Shown here: in pieces, positions 16,745-25,731 of the stretch
Numbering within the stretch: position 1 is the stretch's first letter
Layout of the letters: each line of letters opens with the position of its first letter
NCBI GenBank assembly: GCA_965215265.1
Contig: OZ244048.1
Coordinates: forward strand, 3,264,001-3,328,000
Source: Candidatus Poribacteria bacterium
GTDB taxonomy: Bacteria; Poribacteria; WGA-4E; WGA-3G
Reading direction: 5' to 3'
DNA length: 64,000 nt
The notes under the pieces: generated by a model
Databases searched by the model: none
Told to the model about the DNA's origin: nothing
The model's input: the letters and a program-made list of their open reading frames with translations, nothing else
Program-made: the position numbers and the translations under genes

Positions 16745-18205
16745 ATGGCTGGTAAAACTCCAAATATCCTCTGGATTTGTACAGATCAGCAGCGTTACGA
16801 TACGATAGGCGTGCTCGGCAATTCCCACGTCTCAACACCGAATATCGATAGTCTGGTTGAAGAGGGCGTTGCCTTTACTCACGCATACTGCCAAAGTCCA
16901 ATATGTACGCCAAGTCGTGCCAGTTTTCTGACTGGTATGTATCCGAGTGCTGTCCATCTGAACGGCAATGGAAATGATTTCTTTCCGAGTACCTATCCCC
17001 TTGTAACTCGGACACTTGCTGATGCTGGGTACGATTGTGGGTTGATTGGGAAGCTACATCTTGCCAGTGCCTACCGGCGGATTGAGCCGCGAGCGGATGA
17101 CGGTTATCGGTATTGGCAATATAGCCACGCGCCGCGGGATGACTGGGAGGTTGGACATGATTATGCTGATTGGGTCCGTTCCAAAGGTTATATTCTCGGA
17201 GAATTGAATCGGGATGCCGCGGGTGTGCCCGCCGAGCTCCATCAAACAACGTGGTGCGCCGAAAAGACGATCGATTTTATACACGAGGAACGTGACGGAC
17301 CATGGCTAGCAAGTGTAAATATTTATGACCCGCATCCCCCCTTCAACCCCCCGCAAAGCCATAGAGAACGATTCAATCCGATCGAGATGCCTGCCCCGCT
17401 TTTCCAAGAGAGCGATCTGGAACAACAGAGACGATTGCAAAACGTCGATTTCCAATCATCCGGACGAACTCCGGACGAACTTGATATTCGGAATCCAATC
17501 TTACCAAAGCGCCCAGGAAGGCACTCATCCACAGAAATAGACTTAATGAGCGGAAGAGATGCACGAACCCTTAAAGCCGCCTATTATGCTATGATTCAAC
17601 TCCTTGATGAACAGATAGGAAGAATACTTGAAACCCTTAAGGAGACAGGTCAACGCGATAACACGCTTATCATCTTTACCAGCGATCACGGTGAAACCCT
17701 TGGTGACCACGGGCTAATTCAGAAAGGCTGTCGATTTTATGAGGGGCTTGTGCGTGTCCCGCTCATCTTCTCATATCCGGAGCAATTTGTCCAAGGCATG
17801 AAAAGCGATGCACTCGTTGAATTGACTGACAAAACCCCAACGTTATTGGAGTTAGTTGGACTTCCGGTGCCGGAAAATATGCACGGCCGTTCGCTACTCG
17901 CTATCCTACGTGGCGAGTCAAATCCGCACCACCATCGCGATTTTGTGCGATGCGAATACTATGATGCCCTTGATATGCCAAATCATACCTTCGCAACAAT
18001 GTACCGCGATAAGCGTTACAAATTAGTTGTGTATCACGGACACGAAGAAGGCGAGTTGTATGATTTAACCGAAGACCCGTGTGAGTTTGATAACTTATGG
18101 CACAGGGCGGAAAAGCAGAACGTCAAATACCAATTGTTGAAACGTAGTTTCGATGCCGCTATGTTTTGCATGGATAGGGGGCCTCGGCGAGTCGGTCCTA
18201 TGTGA
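16745..18205 (+). CDS. Cys-type sulfatase (S1 family)
   Basis: PNILWICTDQQR, CTPSRASFLTG, GKLH, DPHPP, TSDHGE, ELYDL..DP.E. Confidence 0.95.
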   Translation: MAGKTPNILWICTDQQRYDTIGVLGNSHVSTPNIDSLVEEGVAFTHAYCQSPICTPSRASFLTGMYPSAVHLNGNGNDFFPSTYPLVTRTLADAGYDCGLIGKLHLASAYRRIEPRADDGYRYWQYSHAPRDDWEVGHDYADWVRSKGYILGELNRDAAGVPAELHQTTWCAEKTIDFIHEERDGPWLASVNIYDPHPPFNPPQSHRERFNPIEMPAPLFQESDLEQQRRLQNVDFQSSGRTPDELDIRNPILPKRPGRHSSTEIDLMSGRDARTLKAAYYAMIQLLDEQIGRILETLKETGQRDNTLIIFTSDHGETLGDHGLIQKGCRFYEGLVRVPLIFSYPEQFVQGMKSDALVELTDKTPTLLELVGLPVPENMHGRSLLAILRGESNPHHHRDFVRCEYYDALDMPNHTFATMYRDKRYKLVVYHGHEEGELYDLTEDPCEFDNLWHRAEKQNVKYQLLKRSFDAAMFCMDRGPRRVGPM

Positions 18206-18367
18206 AAAAGTAAAAACATCGGCATCTCCTTTTTTTCTAGGTGAATTTATACATGCAGTCAGCAAAAACGAATACGGACTATCTGTCAACTGATATTGTA
18301 AAAGTCTCCAAGGTTGTGTTGTAGAGAATTGTATCGGCCTACTTAGACCTATTTGATATAAAAGGGT

Positions 18368-19162
18368 ATGATGCTTCAACTAAATACTATCCATTGCGGG
18401 GACACGTTTGAATTACTAAACAGTTTGGAAGATGACTCAATAGATTTAATTGTCTGTGACGGTCCCTATGGTGTAACAGAGAAGGCATGGGATAAGATTC
18501 CGTCGATTCAAGAATTTAACCTAAACCTCATGAAGCGTTTTGCGCCGAAATTAAAACGGGGCGGCTCGTTGTATCTCTTTGGGAAACCTGATTGCATTGA
18601 CTTTATAGATTATCGGCAATTCTTAACGCTGCGTGCAAAGATTGTCTGGTATCAGCCAAGTAGACTCGCGCAAGGACGAATCAATTACACCAATAACTAC
18701 GACATTATCTGCTACTTCATTAAAGGCAAACGCCCAAGGTGCTATAATATTGATGCAATCCGAGTGGATCAACTTGCCGGGTTGACGCACCGGAGACGTT
18801 GCGAGAATGTGCCCTCTGTGGTGAACGGCAAGTTTGGCAAGACGAAATATAATCCGAACGGGAAGAACCCGGGCGATGTGTGGGGTGATATAAAACAGTT
18901 AACCTATAACTCGAAGGAGTTAGTAAGTCGGGAGGCTCTTAATACCATCCAAAAGCCGGAGCGGTTAATTGAACGGATTGTGTTAGCCAGTTCGTCACCG
19001 AGGGATCTGGTCTTGGATGCGTTTGCAGGGGTGGGGACGTGTGCTGTGGTGTGCAAGCGGCATCGGCGGGATTTTATCGGGTTTGAAATGGATCCGGACT
19101 TCGTAAAAATAGGCAATGAACGCCTGTTCTGCGGAGCTAACTCGCCAGAGCTATTTTTCTAA
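18368..19162 (+). CDS. orphan beta-class N6-A/N4-C DNA methyltransferase
   Basis: Motif IV DGPY precedes motif I (LDAFAGVGT); also QKPERL and GDVW. Confidence 0.88.
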   Translation: MMLQLNTIHCGDTFELLNSLEDDSIDLIVCDGPYGVTEKAWDKIPSIQEFNLNLMKRFAPKLKRGGSLYLFGKPDCIDFIDYRQFLTLRAKIVWYQPSRLAQGRINYTNNYDIICYFIKGKRPRCYNIDAIRVDQLAGLTHRRRCENVPSVVNGKFGKTKYNPNGKNPGDVWGDIKQLTYNSKELVSREALNTIQKPERLIERIVLASSSPRDLVLDAFAGVGTCAVVCKRHRRDFIGFEMDPDFVKIGNERLFCGANSPELFF

Positions 19163-19189
19163 ACAGATACAAAATTTGTAGTAAGAATT

Positions 19190-19218
19190 TTGACAAAAAC
19201 ATTAGCGCATGATAATCT
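19190..19218 (+). promoter_or_regulatory. sigma70 promoter facing the repeat-spacer units
   Basis: TTGACA(19190)-17 nt-TAATCT with TGn extension. Confidence 0.55.
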
Positions 19219-19302
19219 CTATGTTATAGAAGAAGAAGGTACAGGACTTGGAGGCTCAAGTTGCTTAACAGTGCATGATAATCTCTATGTTATAGAAGAA
19301 GA
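19207..19302. repeat. repeat(30)-spacer(36)-repeat(30) unit A
   Basis: gcatgataatctctatgttatagaagaaga is identical at 19207-19236 and 19273-19302. Confidence 0.9.
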
Positions 19303-19304
19303 GG

Positions 19305-19402
19305 GTTTTAACCAAACAGTGGTATTTCCACCAACTATTACTGTGATTAATGCCATAGTTTTTTTCAATAAGTTTTAACCAAACAGTGGTATTTCCACCA
19401 AC
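19305..19402. repeat. repeat(31)-spacer(36)-repeat(31) unit B, CRISPR-like repeat
   Basis: gttttaaccaaacagtggtatttccaccaac is identical at 19305-19335 and 19372-19402; GTT..AAC ends and an internal GTGG/CCAC hairpin. No cas genes in the window. Confidence 0.9.
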
Positions 19403-19500
19403 AAAGGCGTTAAATTCCGCACTGATAACGGACAAGTGAAAAATGAAAAACAAATTTCCCCGGCTTGCAGCGGCGGATAAGAGATGTGAAGAGGTAAATT

Positions 19501-22221
19501 ATGAAGCATCACACTGATGAATGCATCGTGCATGAACAGACATTTGAAATAATGAAAGACGTTAAGTTAGCAGTAATTGTGTTTATATTGACTGCAGCGT
19601 TCAATTTAAGTTCCTGGTGTGAAACGTTCACGTACCACTGGGAGATATCTGAGATGCCTTCAGGGGTTGAAACGGTCTCCGTTGTCCAACCGATACAGGT
19701 TGACATACTGGGGAATCTTATACAAGCGAGTTCGGACAGTGCAGCTTTGAAACTCGCAAATTACTACTCTGTCTACCTGTCGCAGCAATGGGAACCTAAT
19801 CAAGCGTACCTATTGCTTCAGATGCTGGAGGCTATACCGCAGCATCGAAATTATCTCGGCAATCCGGAGAGACAAAAAGATCTGAGTTTCTGGTTTATAA
19901 TTGACGGATATGTAGAGAACGATATTCGGTTCAGTGAAATAGGAGGTACGAGGTTTGTTACTATATCGTCTGAGGTGTTTAACTATGCTGATCAGAAGCT
20001 TGCTCGAATCGAAGGTGTGCGTGGGCGCTTCTTCTCCAAGCGACTCCATCACGCCGTCGTTCGGTACGTGACTGACAACGGGGCAGACCGATATGCTATC
20101 GAACGTATCCTACGGGATAGGTATGATGTGCGTGTGAGCGTGCCGGATTATCAGGAACTGACCCGCAACACAACGGGTGAACACGCCGGACGCTTTTCAG
20201 AGTTTAAGAATGAAGAGTTGATCGATATAGTGTCGATGCTGGAGGAATTTCCTTCGGGGATGCTCAAAACCCCGGGGCTGCAGTATCTGGTCCGTCGCCT
20301 GGATGGTACCCCACATCCGTTGCATCCTGAGGCGGGGGCAGTGGCTTGGCCCTCAGCGGGCTACATAGAGTTTATGGAAGGGGCTTTTAAAGGCGGGAGC
20401 CCGGACAGTATTCATCGGTTGATTCTGCATGAGAAAGCACATTTCTTATGGGCACATCTGTTCGATGACCAGCTCAAACAAGATTGGATAGAACTAGGCG
20501 GATGGTTTGAAACTCCAGACGATGGCGATGGGTGGGCTACCACGAAGCAGATTGAATTTGTTTCTGCTTACGCGCACGGGAAAAATCCGAACGAGGATAT
20601 GGCGGAGAGTATCAGTTTTTACATCGTGAATCCGGATAAACTCCGTTCTCGGTCTCCTGCGAAATATGAGTTTATCCAGAATAGAGTGATGCACGGCACG
20701 CGCTACATCTCACGGATACGTGAAGACCTCACTTTCCATGTCTATAACCTCTATCCGGATTATGTCTATCCCGGTAAGATTATACGGGTAGATATCACCG
20801 CGGACGGGGGGCCGGAGGAAGATAAACTGGTAACAGTCGAGATCGAAATTCATGGGGAAAGCGATTTAGATGCGGCACGTTCGCTCTATGTACGGATATT
20901 TAGTGAGGCAGGCACCTTTAACGATATCCGACTATATGCGATAGATGAGAACGGGCGGAACGTCCCAGAGGGGCATGTGTTCAGAGGACAGGAAGTCTTC
21001 TCTCGATATGCTAAAAGTGGGTACTGGGCTCCTGACCAGATTAGCTTTGAAGATGCACACGGTCATGAGAGACATCAGTCGGAGCGTGATTTCGGGTGGA
21101 AACTTTACATAGATAACCCGCTTGAAGATTTAGCCCCGCCTGAATATGTGAAGGACTCGATGGGTCTTGCCTTGTCTCAAGCGGTTACCTCTGATGGCAG
21201 ACCGTATCAGATCGTTACGGCGAGCTGGGAAGTGATAGAGGCCTCCGGTATAGCCAGAGTGAACGCTGCATTGAATGATAATTTTCAGGAGACATATTCG
21301 ACGCTGAACGAATTTGAATATGGCGGCTATGTGCCTGAATTAGGTAAGGTGGTGGTTAAGTTCAATCTACCTGACTATATGCCAAGCGGTATGTACGCGT
21401 TAAACAAAATAGGAATGTTGGATGTTGCGAGAAACTCTTCAAAAGTCTATTTCACTGCTGGTGGCAAGGATGAAGCACCGAAGACGATTCGGGTGGAAAC
21501 GTCACGTCCGGATCTGTCGCCTCCGGTTTTGGATATTAATCGGATAACGGTTCGCGCAGAACCGACTATACCTGAGGCACCTAACGGTGAGACTATCGTC
21601 GATATTAGTTTCTGGATTAAGGACAACATCAGCGGTTATGCCAAAAGTGGGATGTATTTACGGGATCCGCACGGTGTTATGCATCATTTTTGGCATTTGC
21701 CGCCCGGGCGTGGCAGCTTGTATTTCAACGGGGATCCGACAGTTTTTAAGGAATATCACCAACGGATAGTTCTACCCGTAGGTAGCACCCCCGGCACATG
21801 GGGCTTAGCCGAAATGACACTGTTCGATAAAGCGAGTAACATCCTGAAATTGGACTTTACCGAGATTGTTAGATTTGAGGTCGGTGATAATCCGGCCGCT
21901 CCGACATTGCTGCTGACGAGCATACCTGAAAGGACTCAACTCTTGACTAACTATCCGAATCCGTTTAATCCTGAGACATGGATCCCGTATCATTTATCTG
22001 AAGGCACAGATGTCAAAATCAGAATTTGCGATATTACGGGCTCGCTGGTACGCTTAATCGATGTAGGTTTCCAACCTGCGGGGTTCTATGAGTCAAGTAG
22101 CAGAGCAGCAAGGTGGGATGGGCGTAACGGTTTCGGTGAGCAGGCTGCGAACGGCATTTACTTCTATCAGCTAGATGCCGGCAGTCTATCCGATTTACGA
22201 AAAATGGTGATATTGAAATAG
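19501..22221 (+). CDS. secreted HEXXH zinc-metallopeptidase-like protein with a C-terminal FlgD-Ig/T9SS-like sorting domain
   Basis: LILHEKAH..EDMAES; C-terminus NYPNPFNPETWIPY..WDGRN..GIYFYQL..RKMVILK. The true start may be ATG19552. Confidence 0.75.
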   Translation: MKHHTDECIVHEQTFEIMKDVKLAVIVFILTAAFNLSSWCETFTYHWEISEMPSGVETVSVVQPIQVDILGNLIQASSDSAALKLANYYSVYLSQQWEPNQAYLLLQMLEAIPQHRNYLGNPERQKDLSFWFIIDGYVENDIRFSEIGGTRFVTISSEVFNYADQKLARIEGVRGRFFSKRLHHAVVRYVTDNGADRYAIERILRDRYDVRVSVPDYQELTRNTTGEHAGRFSEFKNEELIDIVSMLEEFPSGMLKTPGLQYLVRRLDGTPHPLHPEAGAVAWPSAGYIEFMEGAFKGGSPDSIHRLILHEKAHFLWAHLFDDQLKQDWIELGGWFETPDDGDGWATTKQIEFVSAYAHGKNPNEDMAESISFYIVNPDKLRSRSPAKYEFIQNRVMHGTRYISRIREDLTFHVYNLYPDYVYPGKIIRVDITADGGPEEDKLVTVEIEIHGESDLDAARSLYVRIFSEAGTFNDIRLYAIDENGRNVPEGHVFRGQEVFSRYAKSGYWAPDQISFEDAHGHERHQSERDFGWKLYIDNPLEDLAPPEYVKDSMGLALSQAVTSDGRPYQIVTASWEVIEASGIARVNAALNDNFQETYSTLNEFEYGGYVPELGKVVVKFNLPDYMPSGMYALNKIGMLDVARNSSKVYFTAGGKDEAPKTIRVETSRPDLSPPVLDINRITVRAEPTIPEAPNGETIVDISFWIKDNISGYAKSGMYLRDPHGVMHHFWHLPPGRGSLYFNGDPTVFKEYHQRIVLPVGSTPGTWGLAEMTLFDKASNILKLDFTEIVRFEVGDNPAAPTLLLTSIPERTQLLTNYPNPFNPETWIPYHLSEGTDVKIRICDITGSLVRLIDVGFQPAGFYESSSRAARWDGRNGFGEQAANGIYFYQLDAGSLSDLRKMVILK

Positions 22222-22262
22222 TCAGGTGCGTATTAGTTTGCGTAAACAGATGAGGAGGCAAT

Positions 22263-23084
22263 ATGGGACGGAAAATTGGAATTTATTTGACTTTTATGCT
22301 GCTTTGTGTTATAAATATTAGCAATGCGGCTGTGAAAGTAGGATTTGTTTATCTGGGTGATAATGGACCATTTACCTCGCCTGCATTGGAATTCGCAGAG
22401 AAGGCATTCGAAACCACACAGTTGGCGAAAGGCGACCTGAAGAGCGGGACGTTTAAACAGTACGGTGTGGTGTGGTGGCATGAAGGCGACAGCGACCCGG
22501 GGGCTCTGTCCAATGCAGAAATTCAAGCGTTTTTGGATTATGCCGAGAGCGGTGGTGCGGTGCTATTGACAGGGTGGGCGATTCGCTATGCAACGCCCAT
22601 GGGGCTTGAAAAGGCAGAAGCCCGTGCCTTCGGGCCCGTCGCGGAAGATGGAATCAACGTTGGCATTACCGTGCTAGAGCAGACGCTGGATCTCGGTTTG
22701 GTGGAAGGACTCGAAAATATAGATGGAAAAATCCCACAAGTCGACGATAGAATTCAGGTGAATTCAACAGGTTACCCTAAAAGCGGGGATTATTATGACA
22801 AAATTTGGACGGATTTCATTACGCTCGCGAATGCGTGGGGTCCGCCTGCTAACGATTGGGGAGACCGAATTGCAGCTTTTGGGTATTGGGAAGCTGGCAA
22901 CGGAAAAATCTTCAATATGAATTGGCGGCTCCCAAACTACCACAAAAATAACAAGGATATTGAGCAGCTGGAACGACTGACAGAAAACGTTATCAATTGG
23001 TTGGCGAGTGAATCAGAATTCGCTGAAGTTTCTCCCGCCGATAAGTTATCGATGGTCTGGGGAGAGTTGAAAAACCAGAGGTAA
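22263..23084 (+). CDS. secreted protein with class I GATase/ThuA-like fold and C-terminal 'KLxxxWGxLK' motif
   Basis: Signal peptide; VVWWH, FLDYAESGGAVLLTG; tail VSPADKLSMVWGELK; GAGGAGG RBS. Confidence 0.6.
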   Translation: MGRKIGIYLTFMLLCVINISNAAVKVGFVYLGDNGPFTSPALEFAEKAFETTQLAKGDLKSGTFKQYGVVWWHEGDSDPGALSNAEIQAFLDYAESGGAVLLTGWAIRYATPMGLEKAEARAFGPVAEDGINVGITVLEQTLDLGLVEGLENIDGKIPQVDDRIQVNSTGYPKSGDYYDKIWTDFITLANAWGPPANDWGDRIAAFGYWEAGNGKIFNMNWRLPNYHKNNKDIEQLERLTENVINWLASESEFAEVSPADKLSMVWGELKNQR

Positions 23085-23213
23085 ACACAACTCGGACAAT
23101 CAGCATTTTTGAATTTTACACGGTTCTAACTGAAAATTTCGGTGATACGAATAGAGTCTGTCCCAGGGGGTAGACACCTAACGAAAAGTTTCATATCACG
23201 CTTGGAGGATAAT

Positions 23214-25694
23214 ATGAAACCCAACTTTAACTTTGTCACGGCACTCCTTATGGCAATAACATACACCATCTGTTTTAGCTGTCCGCTAATAGGTTGGTGT
23301 CAAATGGAGAACGCCGGGCACGTCGAAATTCCCAAAGTTACGGCGTTGAAAGTTCAACCCATGTCCCTGACACTGGAACACGCACGCGATGGCCGCCGTG
23401 TTGTTGTATCAGGACGTACACAAGATGGTAGCTGGATCGATGTAACGCGCTGGGCGATCCTTACAGCCACGGATGCTAAAGTCGAAGTGCAACAAGATGG
23501 CTATATCTACCCGAAAGCAACCGGTGCTACTAAAGTTGCTGTCACGCTCAAGGGCCTCACTACAGAGTTACCGGTTGAAGTGAAGAGCATGGATGCCCCT
23601 GCAGTCAGTTTCGTACGAGATGTCATGCCGGTCTTGAGTCACGCTGGTTGTAACAACGGCACTTGCCACGGTGCTGCTAAGGGAAAAAATGGATTCAAGT
23701 TGTCCCTGCGCGGCTATGATCCGGAGTTTGACTATGAGCTCTTAATTGCAGATATCTCTGGACGCCGCTTTAACCGCGCATTTCCTGAACAGAGTTTAAT
23801 GCTGCTCAAGCCGACATCCGAAGTCCCGCATAAAGGTGGCCAGGTGATTGTCCCTGGTTCTAAGGACTACCGGCTTATCCACCAATGGATATCTGAAGGG
23901 GCTGTTTCTGACGTAAAGACCACTCAGCGGGTAGAACGTTTAGAGGTACTGCCCAATTCGTCTGAGTTGGCAATGCCCGGAGCAAAGCAACAGTTAATAG
24001 CGATTGCGCATTATCCTGATGGAACGATGCGTGATGTTACCCGCGAGGCGAAATTTACGAGCAGCGTTAATGAAGTGGCGAAAGTAAATGACGACGGAGT
24101 CGTCACGGCTGAACGTCGCGGCGAAACCGCGATACTGACGCGTTACGAAGGTGCTTATAGTACAAATGGCATCATCGTGATGGGCGATCGAAGCGGCTAC
24201 AAGTGGGTTGAAACCGCGGAATATAACTATATTGATACACACGTCCACAACAAACTCAAGCGGATGAAAATTCTGACATCTGAGCTTTGTACGGATGAAG
24301 AATTTGTGCGTCGAATCTATCTTGATTTAACCGGCATCCCGCCGACACCAGACCAGGTACGTAGTTTCCTTAATGACGGTACCCCGTCCAAGGCGAAGCG
24401 CGAACAGTTAATTGATGTCTTGGTTGAAACGCCAGAGTTTGTCGACCATTGGGCACATAAATGGGCAGATTTGTTGCAGTCTAACCGTAAGTTTCTAGGA
24501 GAACGCGGGGTGTGGCTTTTCCAGCAATGGATTCATGAGTCGATTGCTGAGAATCGTCCGTACGATCAGTTTGTCCGCGACCTGATTACTGCAACAGGGA
24601 GTAGTTACACCAACCCGGCTGCTAATTATTTCCGCGTTTCCCGTGAGTATACTGCTGCTGTGGAAAATACGACGCAACTCTTCTTGGGTGTTCGTTTTTC
24701 ATGTAATAAGTGCCACGATCATCCGTTTGAAAAGTGGACGCAAAACCAGTATTATGAGTTCGGTGCGTTCTTCGCGGATGTCAAGGTAAAGCCGGGGCAG
24801 CTGCCCGGTGATGAGGTGGTTTATGCGAGTTTCGCCGAAACGCCTGTGAAACACCCGCGAACCCTTGCCGTGGTTGAACCAACAGTACCTTTTGGCAAAG
24901 TAAATTCAGAGACTGAGGATAAACGTGCAATGCTCGCAGAGTGGCTCACAGATGCCGACAATCCTATGTTCGCACGGGCAGGTGTGAATCGCCTCTGGAG
25001 TTATTTCATGGGACGCGGTATTATTGAGCCCGTTGATGATATTCGAACGAGTAACCCGCCGACCAATCCTGAGCTTCTTGATGCGCTGACACAAGATTTT
25101 GTGACGAGTGGTTTCGATCTCAAGCACATGATGAAAACCATTACACGTTCCAGAACCTATCAGCAGAGCATCAAAACCAACAAGTGGAACAAGGCAGACA
25201 CCATTAATTTTTCTCATGCTGTTGCGAGACGTTTGACAGCAGAACAGTTGCTGGATTCCATCGGTGTTGCAACTGGGAGCCGCCCGAAATTTGAGTCGAT
25301 GCCCAAAAGCTTCAGAGCCGTTCAATTGCCGGATAGTAAGGTCAAAGATGATGGGTTTTTGAAGTTGTTCGGTCGTCCGGAACGTGAGACTTCGTGTGAA
25401 TGCGAACGGACTACAGAAGTCAGCCTTGCACACGCGATGAACCTTATTAACGGGCCGACGGTTGCGGATGCGCTGATAGATAAAAACGGCCGGATTGCAC
25501 AACTCCTTAAAAAGAATGTGGATAACCGAACTATAGTTGAGGAGTTGTACCTTGCGACGTTTTCGCGGTTGCCATTGGAGCATGAGTACAAAGTAGCAGT
25601 TGAACATCTCGCAAACGCCGAATCAAAGGAAGCAGGCGCGCAAGATTTGTTGTGGGCGTTGATTAACAGCCCCGCATTTTTATTTAATCGGTAA
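23214..25694 (+). CDS. DUF1549/DUF1553 (planctomycete cytochrome PSCyt2/PSD1) protein with Ig-like domains
   Basis: GCNNGTCHG, EFVRRIYLDLTG, CNKCHDHPFEKW, NRLW..GRGIIEPVDD, FGRPER..CECER, WALINSPAFLFNR. GGAGG RBS before ATG23214. Confidence 0.92.
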   Translation: MKPNFNFVTALLMAITYTICFSCPLIGWCQMENAGHVEIPKVTALKVQPMSLTLEHARDGRRVVVSGRTQDGSWIDVTRWAILTATDAKVEVQQDGYIYPKATGATKVAVTLKGLTTELPVEVKSMDAPAVSFVRDVMPVLSHAGCNNGTCHGAAKGKNGFKLSLRGYDPEFDYELLIADISGRRFNRAFPEQSLMLLKPTSEVPHKGGQVIVPGSKDYRLIHQWISEGAVSDVKTTQRVERLEVLPNSSELAMPGAKQQLIAIAHYPDGTMRDVTREAKFTSSVNEVAKVNDDGVVTAERRGETAILTRYEGAYSTNGIIVMGDRSGYKWVETAEYNYIDTHVHNKLKRMKILTSELCTDEEFVRRIYLDLTGIPPTPDQVRSFLNDGTPSKAKREQLIDVLVETPEFVDHWAHKWADLLQSNRKFLGERGVWLFQQWIHESIAENRPYDQFVRDLITATGSSYTNPAANYFRVSREYTAAVENTTQLFLGVRFSCNKCHDHPFEKWTQNQYYEFGAFFADVKVKPGQLPGDEVVYASFAETPVKHPRTLAVVEPTVPFGKVNSETEDKRAMLAEWLTDADNPMFARAGVNRLWSYFMGRGIIEPVDDIRTSNPPTNPELLDALTQDFVTSGFDLKHMMKTITRSRTYQQSIKTNKWNKADTINFSHAVARRLTAEQLLDSIGVATGSRPKFESMPKSFRAVQLPDSKVKDDGFLKLFGRPERETSCECERTTEVSLAHAMNLINGPTVADALIDKNGRIAQLLKKNVDNRTIVEELYLATFSRLPLEHEYKVAVEHLANAESKEAGAQDLLWALINSPAFLFNR

Positions 25695-25731
25695 TAGGTT
25701 TGTAGTATAGAAAAAATGGAGGAAACAACTG

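Noticed and set aside
19207-19402. Canonical CRISPR array call
   Set aside because: Only two copies of each repeat, the two repeats are unrelated, and no cas genes are present. Reported as repeat units instead.
19190-19453. 62-aa ORFs on both strands with repeated peptides
   Set aside because: The peptide repeats are by-products of the DNA duplications; no RBS or family motifs.
24906-25607. Long antisense ORFs (233 aa here; also 44668-45342, 49051-49635, 1258-1758)
   Set aside because: They are shadows of well-supported + strand genes with no recognisable motifs.
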